Shown: piece after piece, positions 26,100 through 38,495 of the stretch
How positions within the stretch are numbered: the first letter of the stretch is position 1
Layout: each line of letters opens with the position of its first letter
Assembly: GCA_034226945.1 (NCBI GenBank)
Contig: CP120458.1
Location: 620,001 to 684,000, forward strand
Direction of reading: 5' to 3'
Length of the DNA stretch: 64,000 nucleotides
From: Picochlorum sp. SENEW3
Taxonomy: Eukaryota
The notes under the pieces: model-generated
Database searches by the model: none
Told to the model about the DNA's origin: nothing
The model's input: only the letters and a program-made list of their open reading frames with translations
Program-made: the position numbers and the translations under genes

Positions 26100-26915
26100 C
26101 AGCCGTCCTGCAGTACCAGGTAGTGACCCAAAGTTTGGGTCCTAAACCATGGGCTGAGACCAGGGTTGCAGAGTCAGTCAGGTGGCTAAGCAGCCCTGAA
26201 CGTGTCGACCACTAGAATCTGACGTATACAATGTAAATGCGAGCTCGCGAATATGCATCAAACAAAAAAGATGTCGCCACCATCGATCAAAGTACCCAAT
26301 TGGGCCGTTTGCCAAGTGGCACTGCCAATCGACTGGCTGCCACGATGACCATGGACCGCGAAGTCTCTACCCGATATAAGGCCACGTGACGGGCGGCAAT
26401 CCTAGTGTTCACACAGATATAACGCTGGAAAAAACCACTTTGGCGAATCACAAACTAGATAATTTGTACAAACTACCAAGTATGCCCAAACGGGCTAAAG
26501 CTCTCTGCATTCGACAAAACGGGTCCGTGTTGCTCGCGAAATTTGACCGAAATCGACGCCCAGGTCCCAGCCAGAGGGCATCGTGACCGGACACGCACGT
26601 CCTTTTCGACACGCCCCGAAATCGACTCTCGCAGCCCATCTAAGGCGCCTGATGAAGGCAACCTTCGACGAGAGACAACCACGCCCCGAATGGGCCGGGA
26701 AAATCACCTTTGTGAATATGGCGCAAAAGGCTCCGAAACACGCATTTTGTAAAATATTGTCCAGTACTGATGCTATTATCGGCGACTAGATGCTGACCAG
26801 ACAGGCATACACAGAGGTGGGTCTCAACTGCCATTGTCGCATTGCGCAACGAACGACCTTGGCTGTTTCACTGTTTCAGAGGGCGACGTGACATATGTAG
26901 TGTCTCTAATTTACG

Positions 26916-29900
26916 ATGACTCGAGGAAGAAGAGATCGAAAGCCGAACCTGCGGCTCCTTGGTGACGACTGGGACAACGACGAAGAAGGTGAGGAGCACG
27001 TGGCAACAGTCGACAGTGGCGATAAGCGCAAGTGCTCTTCGTTGGGATCGAAGGGGTGCCCAGTAATAAATCGAAGCCAGAGATATCGAAAGAGGAATAC
27101 GCGGATCTTCGGGGACGAGTGGGACAACAGCAACGAAGACGGTGGTGAACATGTGCCACCAGTCGACCTGGATGACAGGGACGTGTGCGCGGCTTGGTGG
27201 CCTGCGAGGCGTTCAGTCCTTCACCAAGTTGGCAGATGTGCATCAACCGGGAGAAAGCAGACAAAAAAGCCACTGACGTGCGTCGGAGAGATCGAGAAGC
27301 ACTTGGACGAGAATGCAGATCCAAACAAGCAAGGTCCCTCGGCCAGGCGAAGGGTCAAACGGAAACAAGTGGTGTTGAGTTCTGAGGACGAATGGTTGCC
27401 ACACGATGAAAGTCAGGAGACAATATTTGATGCAGAGGATGACAACATTCTGTTGCTGCCCGAAGAATGGACGAATGAAAACCACGCTGGGGGGATTGCT
27501 CTGTGTGACGCACTTGAGGGGGAATATCTGGATCACGGCAGGCGGTCACAACGCTGCCAATTGTGCGATGCCCCGCTATTTGAGTGGGAAGTGAAAAAGA
27601 AAAACGGGATGATCACAGGGGGACCCCTGTGCTGCCACGATGGGAAAGCCGCTTTCCTGTCTGATCATTTCGACAGGCCAGCTCCGCAGCCACTGAGGTC
27701 TCTGTGGGACGATCGCACGTCCCAAGAAGGCACGTGCTTCCACAAGAAAATTAGGTACATCAATGCGGCGCTGCAGATGGCATCGAGCACGTCCAACGTG
27801 GTGCACACGCCAGGTGTGAGCATGATGGTGGCGCAAGGCAGCATTTATCACCTCCTCAACCCCATCGAGACCTCCCAGGATCCTCAGTACGTGCAGATAT
27901 ACATGATGGACGACCAGGAGGAGGAACTGGCGTGCAGAATTAAAAAGATGAACGAGAGCAGTGATCCAGAGAGGCAGCACCCCGAAAGGAGGGAGGAGAC
28001 GGAAGCAGTGCGACGAATTGTGGGGGAGCTGCAGAGCATGCTGCACACATGCAATCCGTACGTGGAGCAATTCAAGTTGGTGGAGGAGCAGCTGCAAGAG
28101 CAAACCAAAGACGACGTGATGGAGTTCGAGGTGGACTTCATAGAGGCTGCCTCCAACGACCCTCACGTGTACAACAAGCCCCATGCGTCCGAGGTGATGG
28201 CGGTGGTGGATGACAGGGAGGGCCCCAAGGAGAAGCGCGGGCTGAGGCTGTTGGCGCGCAATCGCGTGGACTGCAAGAAGCCGGTGATCATCTGGGACAA
28301 CAGCCCGATGTACGAGCCCTTGCACTTTGTGCTGCTGTATCCCTGGGGCACGCCAGGGTGGCACACCGGCATGGGGCTGACCCCACTGCAGTACGGGGCC
28401 TACTGGCTCCACGACAGGGCTGGCGCTGCTGCAGACTTCGCCAAAGGCGGTCGACTGTTCCAGGAATGGGTGCTGGACACGTACGTCAAGGTGGAGAGGC
28501 AGAGACTGAACTACCTGAAGACGGACGAGTTTCGCCGAAAGATGCGCAGGAGCGCGCTGGGGCCGCTCCGGCAGGCGGTGGCGCATGGCAGGCGCAAGGG
28601 CTCGGAGGCGGGGATCGAAGCTGCCGAGGTGCCGGCCTCCCACATCGGATCGCGAGCGTACTTTCGAAAGAAGAGGTACGACGCGTACGCGCTGGCCCGC
28701 GCCTTCGGGAACCCGTCGCTGTTCATCACCATGACCTGCAACCCCAACTGGCCAGAGATTCAAAGGGAGATCAGGCGTGGCCAGGCCGCCCAAGACAGGC
28801 CAGACATCGTGTCTCGCGTCTTTCACGCCAAGCTGCGGCAGCTCAAGGATGACCTCATCAAGGGCAAGGTGTTCGGGGAGGCCAAGGCCCTCACATATCG
28901 GGTGGAGTACCAGAAGAGGGGCCTTCCGCACGTCCACATGCTGTTGTGGCTGGAGGACCAGGCCATCACGACCACAGGGGAAGGGATCGAGAAGGTGTCT
29001 CGAGCATGGATCCCAGATGAGAAGGTAGATCCACACGGGTATCATATGGTGGCCAGCCACATGATGCACGGCCCGTGCGACGGCAGGTGCTTGAGGGATG
29101 GCAGGTGTTGCAGAGACTTCCCGATGGAGTTCAGGGACGAGATGACGGTTCCGAACGGCAGCGCCCGTGGGGGGTACCCCATCTACCGCAGGCCAAACAA
29201 TACAAGAGTGGTGGAGAAGAAACTCGAGAAGGGAGCAATCGTGAAGCTCGACAACAGATATGTGGTTCCTTACAACATGTACCTGCTCAAGCGCTACAAC
29301 TGCCACCTGAACGTCATGTGGTGTGCTCTGGCATCGAGGGCATCAAGTACATGTTCAAGTACGTGTACAAGGAGGCATCTCGATCCAATGTGTCTCTTTC
29401 GGAGAGGAGGGAAGCGACGGTGGAGACGGTGGACAATTTCTTTGACGGCCTGTGCATTGGGTCTGCAGAGGCCTGCTGGAGGCTGTTTGGGTTCGAGCTG
29501 GCCGGGAACTACCCCAGCGTGCAGCAGCTCCATCTCCACACCCCGAACGACCAGAGCGTGCTTTTCGAAGAAGAAGGCAACTTGGTGGACGTTGTTCAGG
29601 AGGCGGGCTCGGCTGACACGATGCTGACGGCGTGGTTCAAGTTCAACTTGGAGGAGAAGCACAAGTACCAGGCCAGGCTGGCGGGGGCGGGCGAGGGGGC
29701 CACCGTTCGCAAGCCTGCCGCGTTGTCCACGTGCTATGCCGACATCGGCGCCATCGCTTCGTGGGATAGGAAGCTGAAGCGGTGGACGCGCCGCAAGCGG
29801 AACACTCGATGTGTTGGTCGACTGCCTTTTGTCCACCCGCAGGACAGGGAACGTTGGTGCTTGAAGCAATTGTTGTGTGCCCTGCCGGGGGCCACCTCCT

Positions 29901-31355
29901 GGGACGACCTGAAGACGGTGAGGAATACAGAGGAAGGGGGAAACCCGACCCAGGTTCCTGTACAAGACACTGCTCATGAAATTGAGGAAGCAGAGCCAAG
30001 AGGAGCGCGAGAGAGGCGAGCATCCCATTGCGGTGGCGATGGCCTCCAATGGGCTGCCAGCGCAGCTGCTACCGAACGGAACGACGGTGCACAGACGATT
30101 CAGGCTGCCCGTCAAGGACGACGTCGACGGCGAGCAGCTGATCTGCAACGTTGCCAGGCAGTCGCATGAGGCTGACCTGCTGCGCCGAGCGAGGCTGATT
30201 GTCTGGGACGAGGCCCCGGCGATGAACAAGTGGCAGCTCGATGTCGTGGATCGATGCCTTCGCGATCTCATGGCACGGCCCGACACGGTCATGGGCGGCA
30301 AGGTCGTGGTGCTTGGCGGGGATTTCAGGCAGTGTGGGCCTGTCATGAAGAATGCCAGAGGGCGAGCCAGGAGGGCAGCAGAGGTCAATGCGTCGCTGAC
30401 CCATTGGACCCACTGGCCTGCTGTCAAGGTCCTCAGGCTCCACATCAATATGAGAGTGGAAAACTGCGTGCGTCCTGAGTGCAAGTCGCGGCTGGAGGGG
30501 TGGAGCAGGTGGCTCAAGCGCGTCGGCGATGGCGAAGTGCCGCTGGATGACCACGGGCGCCTGGAAGTGCCCTCCTCCATCGCGTTCACCCCCGAGGAGG
30601 GGGATCCGGAGAGTATGGACAAGACCTTTTTCGAACATGTGTACGCTGGCCTCCAGGCCAAGCGCGGTCAGGACAGGGACGACTTCCTCAAGGGAACAGC
30701 CGTGTTGGTCCCCAAGAATGACACTGCCACCAGGATCAATGACAACCTGCTGGACGCCCTCATCGACGGTGAAGAAGACCGGCTGTTCGTGTCCATCAAT
30801 GGAATTACCGATGGTCGGCACCAGAGGGACGATGCATACCCGGAGGAGTATCTCGCCAGCATCAAGGAGAGTGGCCTGCCGCCACACGTCATCAGGCTCA
30901 AGGTTGGGGCCCCCATCATTGCCCTCCGCAACATCACCAAGGGCGTGTCCAATGGCACGCGAATGGTGGTGACCAAAATCCTCAACCACTCCATCAAAGC
31001 CAGGGTGGTCCACGGTCCCAGCACGGGGCGGGAGGTCCTCATCACCAGGGTGGTGATCACGCAGAGCCTGGGCTCCTTTGTGCTGCAGAGGACACAGCTC
31101 CCCATCCGCGTGGCGTTTGCGATGACCATCAACAAAGCACAGGGGCTCACGCTCCAGAGGGTGGGAGTGTACCTCCAGGACGATGTCTTTTCACACGGAC
31201 AGTTGTACGTGGCGTTGTCTCGGTGTGGAGATGACCAGAACCTGTGGGTGTTTGGGCCACAGCCGGACGACCAAGGAAAGCTGTGGATGAAGAACGTGGT
31301 GTACAAAGAGATTCTGATCGATACGTACCATCACGAGATTGCAGATCCAGTGTAA
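26916..31355 (+). mobile_element. Helitron RepHel gene (HUH Rep plus PIF1 helicase), disrupted
   Basis: FITMTCNPNWPEI, EYQKRGLPHVH (HUH), KYMFKYVYK (Y2), DEAP, GDFRQ, FAMTINKAQG, GQLYVALSR; frameshift ~29328; Walker A absent near 29950. Confidence 0.95.
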
Positions 31356-31479
31356 AATTTGCATTATGTTAGAGTGTAAAATCAGCAGAGATGGAGTTGG
31401 ACCACCTGCTTACCTCCTCCCCATCATCCAATGCTGGATGACCGACGCCCCACGCGAGAGTTCATGTCGCACCTCGCGA

Positions 31480-31519
31480 CTTCCCATGAAACCCCACGAG
31501 CCACGGGCAGACGGCCTAG
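31480..31519 (+). other. Candidate Helitron 3' terminus (...cacgggcagacggcCTAG|t)
   Basis: CTAG followed by T about 160 bp after the helicase stop, with an imperfect upstream hairpin; alternative CTAG at ~31624. Confidence 0.45.
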
Positions 31520-31836
31520 TAAAAACCAAAAAAAAAATAAAAAATTCATTTTCATGCAAGCAATGAAAAATAATAAATTTCGGCACAAAAATTTAGCATA
31601 CGTGCATCAAGCGAGGTATTTTCTAGCGATTTCTGCCCTGTATGTCGCGATATTCCTTTTTGCAGTCCACTGCAACACGACACGTGGACGACCGCGTGTA
31701 CTAACAAAGGTAATGCAGTATAATAATACATGAGACAGGTCGTTGTCAGCAGTGCATATGCGATGGCATGAATCGATGAACCTGAATCGTCCGTGTTTTC
31801 TTACAGGCTGTAAAACAAAATGAACAATGTGAGCGC

Positions 31837-33294
31837 TTGAAGATTCTCTGGGAAAGATTTGATGGGGTTTGTAGAGTCAATAGCCCAATATTTCGCTTTC
31901 TTGGATCCAGAGAAGAATGCCAAATAGCACGAATTCGAGATGAAGGGCATCAGAAGGTTGGAGTCCTGGTGATCAAAGACGTCTCACGCTGGATCCCAGC
32001 CATCATGAAGAATAAACGATACTGTGTTTTTCACTTTTTCGTTGATGACCAGGATATGTTACGATTTGAAAACCTCATGCTATTTCTCGTGGATCTGGAC
32101 TTCTCGCTAGTTGTTACCAGCCCAAACCACTCCGCCATTGATGCGCTGAACAATTTTCCGAATTCGAGATTCATGCTGCTTTCTGATTACCCCAAACAAG
32201 CACATATATTCACAAATGCTTCTCTTCTTCTCGGACATCTCTCCAGGGATCAGATCAGCGTACCACATTTGCTACTTGGACCAACTATTCACAAGGATAC
32301 AAACCCCCGCATGTCAAATGTGATTGTTCACAATCATAATGGTGATTTCTCGAGTTCTGCAATCATTATGGCATCAAAGAAAGACTTAGTCAGAGCGTCT
32401 TATTTGCATACTGTATCTAATCTGGAAAAAGGTATCTGGAACCAACTAAATGGTTCGCCCTCTTGGTTGGTAGGTGATGTACCAACTCGAGTAACCAGTG
32501 AGGAGTTTCATCCCACCATGAGGCCATGTATCCAGAAGAATGTTATTTTTGTTCATGAGAAACTTGATGTGAATTTGTTGGAAGGTGGAGATTTTCGAAT
32601 CATTTCGCTCGCAGTCAGGATAGCAAAACTGACTTGCCGAAAGCCAATATTCTCCCTGCGGGAGCTTCAGTCCTCTCCAAAAGCTGCGGAAGCATTCCTC
32701 CTTGACCATGGACTGAATTTGGACGTAGCAGGCTTGAAACTAGAAAAGATATTTCCAAGACCTTGTCAAAGCCCCAAGTTTGATCTGGCTATTGTGGGAG
32801 TTTGGTTTTGGAGAGAAGATTTGAAATCCAGTGCAGAATTAGCATTTGATTGGCAATCAAAGAATTGCATCGGAAAGTTGATTGGACTGACTGACGATAT
32901 ACATTGGATTCGAATGACTCAAGGTCTTCTAGTAAATGCCTTCTCGAATGTTTCAGTCCCAAGAGTTGCTTTTGAGACCATCTTGGAAACGAAGGAAGTG
33001 GAATTGAATATATACTCGAGATTGGACAGTATCTTGACGGTGAGCAAGGCCGATGCTCATAGTATTGGACATCTTGTCGAAAACGGCTATGAGAAATCTT
33101 GTCATGTCGGCCACGTGGAGGTCAGCCTTGCAAAGAACAAGGCCTTTCCCTCTCGAGATAATAATAGGAATTCGATATGCTTCTCCGGTAACCCTGCGCA
33201 GACAAGTGGAGGTATGGACAAGTGCTATTTTGACCCCGGAGATTCGAACCCTCTGCGGCCGAGCCTCCGCCACAATCTGTCACATAAATCGTGA
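31837..33294 (+). pseudogene. GT4-like glycosyltransferase, likely paralog of 9030-10451, C-terminally disrupted
   Basis: GGDFRI, WFW, TDDIHWIR and FSGN parallel GCDQRL, WFW, HDDAHFAR and FVGN in 9030-10451; similarity ends at the footprint at 33201. Confidence 0.65.
33201..33224 (-). mobile_element. Collapsed footprint of the 212-bp family: TSD-GAGGTATG-TSD
   Basis: gacaagtg GAGGTATG gacaagtg: exact 8-bp duplication around the fused termini. Confidence 0.8.
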
Positions 33295-33347
33295 TGGGAT
33301 CGGGTAGTCGCACTTACATCCACTCAAAATTTTTTCCATATGCAAGG

Positions 33348-35066
33348 ATGAAATTATTGCACAAGGCAGCCCTCACGGCTGTGTTGGTCCTGGCTTTCTT
33401 TACCGGTGCGTTTGGCCCTTCCTCGTGCCACTTTTAAAGGGTTACATCTCGATGCTCTTGTATCTCCGCGTGTTGTTCCTTTTTGTTTGATCCTCATAAT
33501 TTCCGTCATCAATATTTACAAGCCATCGCTTTCTTACACTGCAGGAGGCTCTCACGCACAATCTGCGTTCGACCTGTCGTCCGAGGTGGACTTTGAAGAG
33601 CTGCTAGGTACGTGGAGCTATCATCTCATATTGATTCCAGCAGTGACATGTACAAAAAATTTGTTAATCGACGAGATGCGAAGAATATGCATATCACTCA
33701 TCTCATGAAGAACAAATAAACTACGGTGGCTGTTGTTGTTGATACCGGCTGCCCTCTCTGTTTGTTTTCCACGATCACGTGTCATCGAGACGGAGTGAAT
33801 TTTCAAGCGTTGTGGAGGATGCGAGGTGGACGACTGATTCATGACGTAGGACCAACATGTGGTGGTAATTGTATTTGTGCAGATATCTCGACAACAATGA
33901 TGCAAGCACGGGCGACACGGGGATTGCTCCAAAATTATGGTGCACCACCAGTATCCGAAGAAGTGGAACAAGATGCAGAGCAAGTTGATGAGGCAATAAA
34001 CGACATTATTGGCTCACCTGATCCTGAGGACCCTGATCCTCAGCCAGCAGATGATGATGATGTGGTTGCAGCAGTCGAAGATGTGGTGGAGGCAATCAAC
34101 CAAGGGCTAATCCAGTTTGACGATATTCCAAATGTCGCAGCGACAGCAGTGGACAGTGAGATATCTTTCACTACAAGCGAAGAACTCGATGAAACCCAGG
34201 CAAAACAAGTGACAGCAACGATTGCCACCCAGGTTGCTAATTCTATCAATATTCCAGGAACAAATGTGCAAACAAGAACTACAGTGAACGGTAACGTCAT
34301 TACAGTCCAGGTATTTTTGGGTGAGGCACTACAGCGATTAATGGAATATTATGGAAGAATCTTGGCTGCACGAGCTAATGGCAATAGTACGCCTGCAGCT
34401 GGGCGCAGTCTCTTGCAAACAAGCTCGAGAAGTAGAACAGTATATGTTGTCATCGGAGAGGACAAGGCCCAAGTCGAACGTTACCAAAGGCAATTGGATA
34501 ACACATTGCGAAATCAGACCGCCATGACTGAGATTTCAAACCAAGTTGTGGAGGGGAGCACAGCAGAAGCTGAAATTATCACTCGCCCCCCACCACCTCC
34601 AGCCCCAGCACCACCACTTGTGTGCTCCTACAGTGGACACTTTACCATTTCTCCGCTGTACTCACCATGCAACAGGCATTTCATGGCATATGTGTATCCA
34701 AACTGCGCAAACACCAATGTCTATTTGCGCACCTCTCGCCAGCTGGGCAACAAGCCTCGCCGTGCTGTATGGCGTCTCTTGGGAGGATACTTGAATGGAA
34801 GATCTGTGTCGACGACAATCTCGGCGGTGGAGAGAAGAAGATGTCCAGCTCGCAATCTTCAGGATACGAGTGGACCCTCTATGCTGGTGGCAAATCCAGA
34901 GAAACAATGGACCATCACTCCAGCAGGAAATGGGGAAAATTGCGATCGAGTCAACATCTTTGCCGAGCATAAACAGGCGTACCTTCAGGTTCCTCGTTCA
35001 TGCAACTCATTTTCCTATGCCAGCAGCGACGGAGGGCGCCAGAGATTCCGCTTGAGGCAAGTTTAA
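33348..35066 (+). CDS. Secreted/cell-wall protein, 3 exons (introns 33406-33544 and 33608-33882)
   Basis: Signal peptide MKLLHKAALTAVLVLAFFTG; two phase-1 GT-AG introns restore the frame; RGLLQ/RSLLQ motifs, PPPPPAPAPP linker, Cys-rich C-terminal domain. Confidence 0.8.
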
Positions 35067-35391
35067 TTGATGCATCTTTACAGGGACTTCCTCTGTGACT
35101 CGATGCCTTAGGAAATGTTTGAAAATCTCTGGTTTTTTCCAGTACCTTTCTCAAGAAAAATACTCTTGTTTCAAATTACCGAAACATCTTTTTGAAAGAT
35201 TGACTCCCGTTTGGAGCAGTCTTCTCTCTCTGGGCATTACTATGCGCATTTGCTTTGCTGTCGTCTTCCCCTCTGTATGTAACTGAAAAAGTTGCCAACT
35301 CCTTCTGATTGTTCTAGATGATATGCATGCATGCTGACAATTTGCAAAGAGCAACACGGTGCCCCAATACTGCCATGAGGATGCTACTATC

Positions 35392-36290
35392 AGAGACAAA
35401 ATCAAGCCTCCTTATGACATCCTTCCTCTGATGATGATGACGATGAGCAATGAAGAAGATCCAGTATCATCAAGATCATGCATGACAAGACATATGTTTT
35501 GTTCTAGAATCAGATCTGAGGATGACCAAATGACTCCATACAGAGAAGAGGCCTTATTCAAGACCCCCTGAAATTTAGGGATTTCCCATCAAATGGTCGG
35601 GGGACCGGGTAGGGTAGGGTAGGGGGCAGGGGGGTTAGGGTATTAGGGTTAGAAAATATGTAGATTTTGGACCGTGTTTGGCCGGTCGGGTATTTTAAGC
35701 GACCGGTGATTTAGCTCGGGGTCTTAAATAAGAGCTCTTCCATACCTCCCAAATGATGGACAAACAGCAGCAGCGGCAGCAAAACACTCTTCTTTTTCCT
35801 CTTGCTTCTGGGTCCTGATTCTACATCAATATACTTATAATATATTCGTCGTAGCCAATCCATCAACAATTGGGCATCGAGAGAGAAAAAGAGACATCAA
35901 TCGATGCGCATCGACGATGAATGCGGTTTTGGCGACAGGAGCCATCAAATCGACACTTCGTTGGCGATATTTTCTTATATTGTATCCCATGTATAATGAT
36001 GGATGATCAAAAAGGCCGGAAGAGAAGAGAAGAGAAAAAAAGGCTTGGAATGCATGCGAATCGAAGATGTGCGAGTTTTTCTTGATTTTGGTGGATTTTC
36101 TTTGGCTTTTTGGGTTTTTTAGAGAAATGATTGTTTCCTGTATAATGAGAGTGCTTAGGATGTGGGTTTGGAAGAGAGTTGAGGAATTGAGGATTTTGAT
36201 GGTGTCCTCTGAGGTGATTGCAATTTGCAACTATTGGGCATGACTTCAGAGGTATCCTGAATATATATGCAGTGGAAAGCTCCACTGTGT
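35392..36290. repeat. Dispersed intergenic repeat family, partial copy (interrupted by 212-bp copy 3)
   Basis: Aligns with ~52845-53520 and ~56545-57060; contains tcgatgcgcatcga. Confidence 0.85.
35537..35748 (+). mobile_element. 212-bp non-autonomous element, copy 3 (diverged)
   Basis: Same length and termini; TSD ccaaatga (35526-35533 and 35749-35756) plus extra ctc on the left; paralogous empty site near 52951. Confidence 0.9.
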
Positions 36291-36490
36291 TGTTTAGGCT
36301 GCAAGGTATAGTTTTCTTTGTGTATTTTCACCAACAGCATTCGTGGAGATTTTCTTTGTGATGGTTGGGAAATCTCAAGCCAGCTTGGAGCCATGTTATG
36401 GTCAAATTTTGATAAAATTATGAATGTAAAACTACTGTATAAGTTGATTGAAGCAATCATGAAAGAAACCATAAAGAAGGAGTCAATAAT

Positions 36491-37780
36491 TTATCTCAGA
36501 AAACAAAATTTGGATAGTTTCTGGATAGATTTTGCACATTCTGGGAGCACAAGATTGTAATTTTGAAGATCTTCAAATGGTCTGAAATGTCCCAACCTTG
36601 ACAAGAACGTGTCGAATTCGTCTAAGATATCAGGTAATGCGAGCTTTCGGTCATCAATGACTATACCAGACTTGTTAGAAAAGAGATTGACAGCTTCTGG
36701 GCGAAGAACAAATAATGGCACGTTGTAACTTCTTAATTCAACATGAAACCATCCAAATGTCTCTGAAGGTGAAAAGATAATTGCCCATGGAGATTGACTC
36801 GCTGCTTCGAGAAAATTATTTCTATGATAGCTGCCATAATGAAACACCCGGATGTTCGAATAATTGTGTGTGTTATGAGCTCTCTCCCTGAGAGCATTTA
36901 CCACAGTGTCATTCCAGGATAACCCACTATGAGATTTTAAATATATCAAAGGAGCCTTACGAGCATTTTGAGGCGTCTGATGCACTGGATTTATGCATTG
37001 CCTACTCAAATAACACCTGATCCAGATATTCTTCTCTCTCAACTCTTTCTGGCGCACTTCACAGCTGTCATACTGAGGTTGATTATCCATCAATAGATGA
37101 GTTTGATTCATCTCTTTCGGGTACTTCCATAGCCATTCCAACGCGAAGACAGACATATACAGTTTTGGCGCAATCTCGGATATTTTACCGTCCGTAGATT
37201 GAAAGTCGTCTGTGTAAAATTGCGGCATTTGATATAAAATGCCGCAGATACCACATGTTTTGTAAACTAACAAGTCTTGTTCAGTAATTGCAGAGTCCTT
37301 GTAATGAAATTTTGTCAGGCCAAGGTGCCTGGAGAAGATAGTTGCAGCATTAAATGCCCAAATTCCAGGACCAAACCTCTTGTAGGTACTGTTATATCGG
37401 ATGATCAACACTGGCGAGTGATCAATTCCATTTTCACGGCATACAAATAGATCCTTGACTATTTTATTATTATCCATATGTATACCATTAGCCGGCTCTG
37501 ACGATAAAGTCTGGTTCAATTTGACAGCCTGATCAGACAGATGTGTCATGAGCCCATGCATACGCATATGCGTAGCCTCGCGATCGAGGCTCGAGTCCTG
37601 CTCTGCGTACAGTGAGGTAGGCTGAACGACAATTGTCATTTGTCGCATATATACCAGTGGACCAAGAATTATCAACGTAGATATCACTGACACGCGTAGT
37701 CGTGGAGATAGTGAGAATCTCTGCATGTTCCCGCACCATACAGAGAGTTTCTCTCTTTCTCTTCGATAATTCTCTTTCAC
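36491..37780 (-). CDS. Type-II membrane GT-B-like glycosyltransferase
   Basis: 429 aa; N-terminal TM; SPSETFGWFHVELRSYNVP resembles the GT-B E-x7-E motif. Confidence 0.6.
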   Translation of the reverse strand: MKENYRREREKLSVWCGNMQRFSLSPRLRVSVISTLIILGPLVYMRQMTIVVQPTSLYAEQDSSLDREATHMRMHGLMTHLSDQAVKLNQTLSSEPANGIHMDNNKIVKDLFVCRENGIDHSPVLIIRYNSTYKRFGPGIWAFNAATIFSRHLGLTKFHYKDSAITEQDLLVYKTCGICGILYQMPQFYTDDFQSTDGKISEIAPKLYMSVFALEWLWKYPKEMNQTHLLMDNQPQYDSCEVRQKELREKNIWIRCYLSRQCINPVHQTPQNARKAPLIYLKSHSGLSWNDTVVNALRERAHNTHNYSNIRVFHYGSYHRNNFLEAASQSPWAIIFSPSETFGWFHVELRSYNVPLFVLRPEAVNLFSNKSGIVIDDRKLALPDILDEFDTFLSRLGHFRPFEDLQNYNLVLPECAKSIQKLSKFCFLR

Positions 37781-38195
37781 AACTCCTACAACGATGTCAA
37801 GTGAAAAACGATCATATGGAACCTTACCGTAGTAACGAAAATCTTAAGTCAATATTGAAGTTCTGTGCCGGACAGCCTTGCGACAAAGCCTGCGAAATGC
37901 GGTGTGGAAGAGGCCTTAGCTTGTCTTCAAAGCATAAACGTTTATGCTTTGAGGTAACTCTCCGACGCTGACGTCAGCGGGTCGACCCAAAATTCAAATT
38001 TGTCGAAGCATGATCCCGCTAGCGGGATAATTATATAATTAGCGATATCGCTTATAAGCGCTTATAGAAACGGGAATGCAAGTGGTACTTTGGTTATATA
38101 CCCGGCCACGAGAGGAAACAATGTTGTACTTCGAAAATTGCCTCAAATTCTTTCTCATTAAATTGACTATCCGTACCTTGGCTTTATTTATTTTC

Positions 38196-38495
38196 CAGTC
38201 TTACATGCCCGGTGGTGATGCATAGTGAAAGATGAGCACAATCCTCAAATTCGGATTGAGGGGCTCGATTCTCTTGAAAGAGCCTTTACTCATCCTCACC
38301 ACCATCACCTCGTTTAGGCCAAGGTGTAATATTTGATTGATTGCAAACAATTGATTCAAACCATTCGTTCTCAGTGATGAAAGGGAAGAAGTGGAATCCA
38401 CACACGACGAGGCAAGCCTGGAAGTGTGTTGTGGAGGCACTGGGAAGATTTTGCCCACTGGCAGCCCATGAACCTCTGGGCCATGCTTCTTATTC
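38196..38495. repeat. Dispersed repeat family, left-part copy
   Basis: Starts cagtcttacatgcccggtggtgatg as at 52247; highly similar over ~300 bp. Confidence 0.9.

Noticed and set aside
27576..31306. Long minus-strand ORFs (576, 455, 314 and 212 aa)
   Set aside because: Antisense shadows of the GC-rich Helitron coding sequence
33225..33270. tRNA or SINE suggested by GGTTCGAATC on the minus strand
   Set aside because: No cloverleaf or A-box can be built around it
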